The notes under the pieces were generated by a model. That model made no database searches. It saw nothing but the letters and a program-made list of their open reading frames with translations, and was not told the origin of the DNA. The translations under genes and the position numbers were made by a program. Below, in pieces: positions 58,227-64,000 of a stretch of 64,000 nt of DNA. How positions within the stretch are numbered: the stretch's first letter is position 1; every line of letters begins with the position of its first letter. The DNA is from Patescibacteria group bacterium. GTDB taxonomy: Bacteria; Patescibacteriota; JABMPQ01; JAQVVF01. The stretch covers positions 321,511 through 385,510 of the forward strand of contig JBAZSC010000001.1 in NCBI GenBank assembly GCA_041662665.1, read 5' to 3'.

Positions 58227-58286
58227 CGTAATAAAAAGGTCGAACCTTACACAAATTCCCCCGTAGAAAAAAAGGAGGGACGAGCA

Positions 58287-58592
58287 ATGGAGGGAATCAA
58301 TAACAGATATGTATTGATGGCTCTAATTGCCGATCCATACAATTCATCATATGGCAAAGCATTGAAGTCAGGTTTAGAAATTGAATTTCAGCTTTGGGAC
58401 GGTCGAATTATTTCAGTTAGCAATTTCAAAGAAGAGGGAAAAATTCCTGATTTTCGCACTTCAAACTATTGGTTTCCTGACCACATTGTTGTGCCATTGA
58501 TGGACAAGCTCATTATCGAAAATCGTTCCTTTGTTCTGAGTGCTGGACGCGGCGATTTGCGTTGTACTATTATTTGGCAGGTCAAGAGTTGA
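58287..58592 (+). CDS. small hypothetical protein, paralog A (QLWDGRII motif)
   Basis: AAAGGAGGGACGAGCA RBS. Shares QLWDGRII and a C-terminal C..IIWQVK motif with the next ORF. Confidence 0.5.
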   Translation: MEGINNRYVLMALIADPYNSSYGKALKSGLEIEFQLWDGRIISVSNFKEEGKIPDFRTSNYWFPDHIVVPLMDKLIIENRSFVLSAGRGDLRCTIIWQVKS

Positions 58593-58622
58593 GCAAGTTT
58601 TCCACATACAAAGGAGTGAGAA

Positions 58623-58931
58623 ATGCTGATAAAAATGAAAGACAAGAAGGATCTGGCCTCATGGATTGTATTTCATCATGAATATCAAATAGATATAGAT
58701 AAAACTGATGAATTACAGCTTTGGGATGGTAGGATTATAGTAGGCAGACTTTTACCAGAGAATCCAGAAAAAGTTGACCTTTGGATAGAAAGAAACAACG
58801 TGCGTAGCAAGAGAAAGCTATTTAATCAACTTCTCGATCGATTGCTAAGCTCCAGATCTTCTTTTACAATCCAATGTGAAAATATTTTGAAGGTGTGCAG
58901 GTTTACTGTTATTTGGGAATTCAAAAAATAA
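58623..58931 (+). CDS. small hypothetical protein, paralog B (QLWDGRII motif)
   Basis: CAAAGGAGTGAGAA RBS; QLWDGRIIVGRLL ... CRFTVIWEFKK. Confidence 0.5.
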   Translation: MLIKMKDKKDLASWIVFHHEYQIDIDKTDELQLWDGRIIVGRLLPENPEKVDLWIERNNVRSKRKLFNQLLDRLLSSRSSFTIQCENILKVCRFTVIWEFKK

Positions 58932-59015
58932 TTAAATGTACTTTTGTATCTAAGGCTTGATCATTTTTGATAGCCTTTTTTATTTACGCAAAGTAAAATT
59001 TAAGGTAAAATAACA

Positions 59016-59094
59016 CTGTCATCCTGAGCCACAGCGAAGGATCCCGTTAATGAACAATGGTCTCGAGATTCTTCACTGCGGTTCAGAATGACGG
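59016..59094. repeat. palindromic dispersed repeat (same family as 58151-58226)
   Basis: CTGTCATCCTGAGCCACAGCGAAGGATCCC ... CTTCACTGCGGTTCAGAATGACGG. Confidence 0.75.
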
Positions 59095-59106
59095 ATTATA
59101 AATATC

Positions 59107-60573
59107 ATGAATCAAAATCCTACAGAAAATTTAAAAAAATATTTAGATTTAGCGAGAAAATCAAAAACTTTTGAATTTCTTAATATCTTAATATCAGAAT
59201 ATCCGAAGGCTAGTATCTATTTAGTCGGTGGTTTTGTGCGTGACCAAATTTTAGGTTTAGAATCCAAAGATTTAGATTTTGTTGTTACAAAAATTAAGGC
59301 AGATGATCTGAAAAAATTTTTAGGAAAATATGGTTCTGTAGAATTAGTCGGTGCTTCGTTTGGTGTTTTTAAATTTGTGCCAAAAGAATCAGAATTTATG
59401 AATCAGAAAATGGAAGCTTTTGATATTGCTCTTCCTCGAACAGAAAAATCTTTAGGAACTGGCGCATATCGAGATTTTGATGTCCAATCAGATCCAGAAT
59501 TGCCAATAGATGTTGATTTATCAAGACGCGATTTGACAATCAATGCCATTGCTTATGATATCAAAAATGATTCTATAGTTGATCCATATTTTGGTCAAAA
59601 AGATTTAGCTAATAAAATAATCAAAGCAGTTGGCGAGCCAAAACAAAGATTCCAAGAAGATTATTCCAGAATTTTAAGGGCAATAAGATTTGCTCTAAAA
59701 TTTAATTTTCAAATTGAAGATAATACTTGGCAAGCAATTAAAGATGACGCTCCAAAAATTTTAGATGCAGTTCCATTTGAAACAATTTCTAAAGAATTAT
59801 TGAAATCTTTAGACGCAAATCCAGTTAGATTTTTAGATCTTTATGATCAAAGCAAATTATTAAATATAATTTTGCCAGAAGTAGAAGAATGCAAAGGTGT
59901 TATTCAGCCAAAAGAATTTCATGAAGAAGGCGATGTTTATGAACATACAAAATTAGCGTTAACTTTTATTCCCAAAAATTCTACTGTCAGATTTAAACTA
60001 GCAACTTTATTGCATGACATTGGCAAACCAAGCACAACTAAAACTCCAGAAAAAGATGGTGTTGAAAGAGTGCGCTCTGACGAACATGCCGAAGTCGGTG
60101 CAGAAATTACTGGCTATATATGCAATCGCTTAAAATTGCCAAATAATTTATCAAACGAAATAGTTTGGCTGGTAAAATACCACATGTTTTTTGTTTCAGG
60201 AAAAGTTGAAGATATGCGTCCAAACACAATCAAAAAATATTTTATTGATAATCCAAAATTAGGTGATGAACTTTTGGATTTATATTATGTTGATACAAAG
60301 GCATCATTTGGTCCAACTCAAGAAAAAAATTTAGCAAGAATTACTGAAGTTCGCGATTATATTAATAATATGCGTGAACAATTTAGAAAATCAGAAATAA
60401 AAACTTTCCGACATGTTATCGATGGACAAGATATTATGAAAGAATTTAATTTAAAACCTGGAAAAGAAATTGGAGAATATTTGGAAAAAGCAGATAAATT
60501 TATTTTGGAATTTGTTACCAAAAATGGGGAAGAGCCTAGTAAAGAAGAAGTCCTAAAAAGTCTAAAATCCTAA
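59107..60573 (+). CDS. cca: CCA-adding tRNA nucleotidyltransferase with HD domain
   Basis: GGFVRDQILG...DLDF head motif, RRDLTINAIAYD, and an HD region HDIGK. Confidence 0.85.
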   Translation: MNQNPTENLKKYLDLARKSKTFEFLNILISEYPKASIYLVGGFVRDQILGLESKDLDFVVTKIKADDLKKFLGKYGSVELVGASFGVFKFVPKESEFMNQKMEAFDIALPRTEKSLGTGAYRDFDVQSDPELPIDVDLSRRDLTINAIAYDIKNDSIVDPYFGQKDLANKIIKAVGEPKQRFQEDYSRILRAIRFALKFNFQIEDNTWQAIKDDAPKILDAVPFETISKELLKSLDANPVRFLDLYDQSKLLNIILPEVEECKGVIQPKEFHEEGDVYEHTKLALTFIPKNSTVRFKLATLLHDIGKPSTTKTPEKDGVERVRSDEHAEVGAEITGYICNRLKLPNNLSNEIVWLVKYHMFFVSGKVEDMRPNTIKKYFIDNPKLGDELLDLYYVDTKASFGPTQEKNLARITEVRDYINNMREQFRKSEIKTFRHVIDGQDIMKEFNLKPGKEIGEYLEKADKFILEFVTKNGEEPSKEEVLKSLKS

Positions 60574-60702
60574 ATTCTAAATCCTAAACAAATTCAAATG
60601 ACTAAAATCAAAATGATCAAAAGTCGATTTGAAATTTAGTATTTGAATTTTTAATTTGTTTAGAGTTTAGGATTTAGTGCTTTGAGTTTTAATTAAAAAA
60701 AT

Positions 60703-61611
60703 ATGTTATACGATTTAATTATAATTGGTGCCGGACCAGCAGGTTACACATCAGCAATTTACGCAGCTAGATACAAAATCAATACTTTAGTTTTGGCAAA
60801 AGAAATCGGTGGTCTAGCAATGTCTGCTCCGAAAGTAGAGAACTGGCCAGGTGTTTTAGGAAAAACAGGAATTGAATTAATGGCTGATTTTAAAAAACAC
60901 GTTGAGCATTATGGTGTTAAAATTTTAATGGAAGAAATTTCAGATATTAAAAAAGAAAATAATCTTTTCACAATTTTAACAGAAACTCAACATTATCAAG
61001 CAAAGTCAATAATCTTAGCGCTAGGTTCAGAAAGACGAAAATTAAATATTCCTGGCGAAAAAGAATTAACTGGCAAAGGTGTTGCTTATTGCGCCACTTG
61101 TGATGCAATTTTCTGCAAAAATAAAATCATTGCAGTAGTTGGTGGTGGAAATTCAGCTGCTGTTTCAGCATTACTTTTATCTGAATATGTGAGCAAAGTT
61201 TACATGATTTATCGTAAATCAAAATTAAAAGCCGAACCAATATGGGTTGACCAGATTTTAAAAAATAAAAAAATAGAAATTATATATAATGCAAATGTAA
61301 TTGAAGCAAAGGGTGAAAAATTTTTAGAAAAAATTGTTTTAGACAATAAAAAAGAATTACAAGTTGGCGGATTATTTATAGAAATTGGAGCTAAACCTCA
61401 AACAGAATTAGCAAAATGTTTAAATGTTAAATTAGATAAAAATAATTTAATCATTATTGATCAAGCTTGCAAAACAAATGTTGACGGCGTATTTGCAGCT
61501 GGCGATATTACAACTGGCTCAAATGAATTAAAACAAATTGTAACTGCAGCATCCGAAGGTGCAATTTCCGCTACATCAGTTTATGAATACTTAAAGGCGA
61601 GTAACAAGTAA
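60703..61611 (+). CDS. trxB: thioredoxin-disulfide reductase
   Basis: IIGAGPAGYTSAIYAAR (FAD), CATCDA redox-active site, VVGGGNSA (NADPH). Confidence 0.9.
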   Translation: MLYDLIIIGAGPAGYTSAIYAARYKINTLVLAKEIGGLAMSAPKVENWPGVLGKTGIELMADFKKHVEHYGVKILMEEISDIKKENNLFTILTETQHYQAKSIILALGSERRKLNIPGEKELTGKGVAYCATCDAIFCKNKIIAVVGGGNSAAVSALLLSEYVSKVYMIYRKSKLKAEPIWVDQILKNKKIEIIYNANVIEAKGEKFLEKIVLDNKKELQVGGLFIEIGAKPQTELAKCLNVKLDKNNLIIIDQACKTNVDGVFAAGDITTGSNELKQIVTAASEGAISATSVYEYLKASNK

Positions 61612-61730
61612 CTAGTAACAAGTAACTAGGATGAGATAATACTGTCATTTAGTTTTTTATCGACAAAAATATTATTTTGTAATATATTTATATATCGTAC
61701 TTTTTGATCGAGCCAAAGGAGGAGGAGAAA

Positions 61731-62111
61731 ATGGAAGAACGAATAACACAAAGTCTAGTAAAAACATGTTCTCTCTGTTTAAATAATTTTGCAGATTTGG
61801 TGGAAGTTTCAAAGATAGCCGGCTATGATTTTATGCTTCCAGATGATAAAGAAAAACATGTTATTGGTTTGATTCCAGATTGTGTAACTTATTTAGTTTT
61901 CATTCTCACAGAAGGAAAGTTCGAACTCAAGTCTGCAAATCAGATCTTCTCATCTCGTGGATTAGATTTTGTCGCAAGTGTAATGGAACGATTTGCCGGA
62001 GATTTTCATATCATTTATATCAAAGACAGCAGTTTCATTTACGAATTAAAGATTGAAAAAGGCAAAAGAACAGTTGAAAGAAGAGTCGAATTAGATGAGT
62101 TCCTTCATTAG
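61731..62111 (+). CDS. hypothetical protein (127 aa) with strong RBS
   Basis: ATG preceded by CAAAGGAGGAGGAGAAA. A weak TCGACA-17-TATATT promoter lies at 61660-61688. No domain recognised. Confidence 0.5.
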   Translation: MEERITQSLVKTCSLCLNNFADLVEVSKIAGYDFMLPDDKEKHVIGLIPDCVTYLVFILTEGKFELKSANQIFSSRGLDFVASVMERFAGDFHIIYIKDSSFIYELKIEKGKRTVERRVELDEFLH

Positions 62112-62323
62112 ATGATTAATTTCATCTTTTTTTATTTCTTGTCTCAATCCGTCAAATTTGGTAAAATAACTATATAAAAATTCAATAAACAAATTCCAAA
62201 TCCTAAACAATTTACAAATTACAAAACACAAAATATCTTTGTAATTTGATTAAAAAAATTGTATTCCAATTTTTTTAATTGTGGTTTGTTTGGAATTTGA
62301 GATTTGTAATTTAATTTAACTTT

Positions 62324-63409
62324 ATGTTAAAAATTGTAATTCTAGCAGGAGGAACAGGAACTCGTTTTTGGCCACAAAGTAGAGAATCAACTCCAAAACA
62401 ATTCAGTAAAATCATTGCTGACAAGACAATGATTGAATTAACTTATGAAAGGTTTTTGGCTGATTTCAAAAAAGAAGATATCTATTTTTCAACCAATCAA
62501 AAATTCGCCAAAATTATTAAAAAAATATTTCCAAAAGTTAGCAAGGAAAATATTATTATTGAGCCAGAAAAAAGAGATACAGCACCAGCAATGGGTTTTG
62601 TTGCTGCATATTTAGACAACAAATTTCCAAATGATCCTATGGTTTTTATTCCATCAGATCATTATATTGCAGATGTTAAAAAATTTATCCAATCATTAAA
62701 GTTGGCAAGTAAATTTATTGAAAAAACTGGCAAGATGATGGACATTGCAATTACTCCAAATTTTCCAAGCACCGTTTTAGGATACACTCATATTGGCAAA
62801 AAAAGCCAAGAAACAAATGGCATTAAAATTTATGAATTTAAAGGTCATGTTGAAAAGCCAGATTACAAAACAGCAGAACGATATTTAAAAGCTGGCGATT
62901 ATTTATGGCATGCTAATTTTTATATGTGGACTCCAAAATTATTTTTAGAAGCTTACAAAAAATATTCACCAATCCATTACAAATCTTTAGCCAAAATTAA
63001 AGAATATTTAAAAAACAAAGATCTAAAAAAGGCAGATGATGAATTTAAGAAAATGCCAAAAGATTCAATTGATTATGCTATTACTGAAAAAATGGATCCA
63101 AAAGATGTCTTAATTATCAAAGGTGAATTTGGCTGGAGTGATATTGGCGCTTGGGATGTTTTGTATGATCAATTATCAAAAGAACAAGATGCTTCAAAGA
63201 ATATGGTCAAAGCAGTTTGGGAAGGTTTAGATACAACAGGCTGTTTAGTTTACGGCCCAAAGGATAAAATCATTGCCACAATTGGTGTAGATGATATGAT
63301 CATTATCGACACTCCTGATGCCTTATTAGTCTGTCCGCAAAGCAGAGCCCAAGATGTCAAGAAAATTGTGGAGAGTTTGAAAGCGAAGAAGAAGGAGAAA
63401 TATTTATAA
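62324..63409 (+). CDS. manC: mannose-1-phosphate guanylyltransferase
   Basis: MLKIVILAGGTGTRFWPQSRESTPKQF nucleotidyltransferase N-terminus. Confidence 0.85.
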   Translation: MLKIVILAGGTGTRFWPQSRESTPKQFSKIIADKTMIELTYERFLADFKKEDIYFSTNQKFAKIIKKIFPKVSKENIIIEPEKRDTAPAMGFVAAYLDNKFPNDPMVFIPSDHYIADVKKFIQSLKLASKFIEKTGKMMDIAITPNFPSTVLGYTHIGKKSQETNGIKIYEFKGHVEKPDYKTAERYLKAGDYLWHANFYMWTPKLFLEAYKKYSPIHYKSLAKIKEYLKNKDLKKADDEFKKMPKDSIDYAITEKMDPKDVLIIKGEFGWSDIGAWDVLYDQLSKEQDASKNMVKAVWEGLDTTGCLVYGPKDKIIATIGVDDMIIIDTPDALLVCPQSRAQDVKKIVESLKAKKKEKYL

Positions 63410-63510
63410 TGAAGTATGAATAATGAATTATGAATTATGACTAGAATAATGAATCTAGAATAGAGAATCATTCTTTATTCATTATTCTTAATTCATAATT
63501 CTTGATTTAA

Positions 63511-64000
63511 CATGGACATCATCAAAAAAGCAATCAGTAAAAATAATATTCAAGCAAATAAGCCATCAAAATATCTTAACCAAAAGAATTACAATCTCTC
63601 TAGGTTAATAATTGTTGCAGTTATTGCTGTTTTGTTTTTGTTTGCAATATATTTTAACCATCAATTTTATAAATCAAATAGCAAAACAAGCAAATTTATA
63701 GAATTCAATGTTTCGCAAGGAGAAAATATTTCACAAATTGCTAAAGATTTGCATAGCCAAAATTTAATTCGCAGCGAATTTTATTTTAAAACTTATGTTT
63801 CTTTGAAGCATGCAAGCCAAAAAATTAATCCAGGCAAATATGAGCTTAATCAAAAAATGAGCGTTGCTGATATTGCTGGCATGATCATCGGCAACAAATC
63901 TTCAAAGCAACAAAAAATAGTGATTATAGAGGGCTGGAATTCCAAACAAATTGCAGAATATCTTGGCGATCTATATGCAAAAATAATGCCAGCAAGAATG
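63511..64000 (+). CDS. mltG: endolytic murein transglycosylase MltG (YceG-like), N-terminal part; continues past window end
   Basis: N-terminal TM, then ...FIEFNVSQGENISQIAKDLHSQNLIRSEF..., typical of the MltG N-terminal region. Confidence 0.65.

Overview
The host is an AT-rich (~30% GC) reduced genome that looks like a CPR/Patescibacteria-type bacterium. It carries housekeeping genes: dnaE (partial), an FtsW/RodA SEDS protein, rplY, and a complete F-type ATP synthase operon (atpI-like, atpB, E, F, H, A, [extra ORF], G, D, C). It also carries prfA, prmC, rpmE, prs, an Elp3-like radical-SAM gene, rpsB, a TruD-like gene, tsf, pyrH, rpmG, tRNA-Trp, cca, trxB, manC and mltG (partial). Host genes mostly lack Shine-Dalgarno sequences. 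Three tandem paralogous giant surface proteins (0.9-1.0 kaa) sit at 2.6-11.6 kb. Each has an N-terminal membrane anchor, a low-complexity linker and C-terminal DUF4214-like repeats. On this background sits a second class of genes with E. coli-like expression signals. These are TTGACA-17bp-TATAAT-type promoters, GGAGGA ribosome-binding sites and hairpin-plus-T-run terminators. Several of these genes form blocks that interrupt otherwise conserved gene neighbourhoods (prfA/prmC, rpsB/tsf, tRNA-Thr-Tyr-Thr/rpmG). The most anomalous block is a ~7.5 kb island at 46.2-53.7 kb. It lies between a tRNA cluster, which includes a nested or interrupted tRNA-Thr(GGT), and rpmG. It contains a TrmB-like regulator, an IS200/RAYT-like Y1 transposase flanked by 97-bp direct repeats, and a consensus-promoter-driven repeat-containing non-coding region. 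It also holds four genes whose coding sequences are 60-65% GC with near-saturated G/C at third codon positions but whose promoters, RBSs and terminators look host-like. A similar GC-rich gene sits in a three-gene minus-strand block at 38.8-42.4 kb that splits rpsB from tsf. Intergenic DNA throughout is filled with several dispersed families of long imperfect palindromes built from short words. A ~36-bp motif centred on GGCCTTAAGGCATT occurs four times at cassette junctions. None of the anomalous proteins could be assigned to a known defence or secretion system by eye. Their function is open, and contamination, chimerism or artificial origin of the GC-rich segments cannot be excluded from sequence alone.
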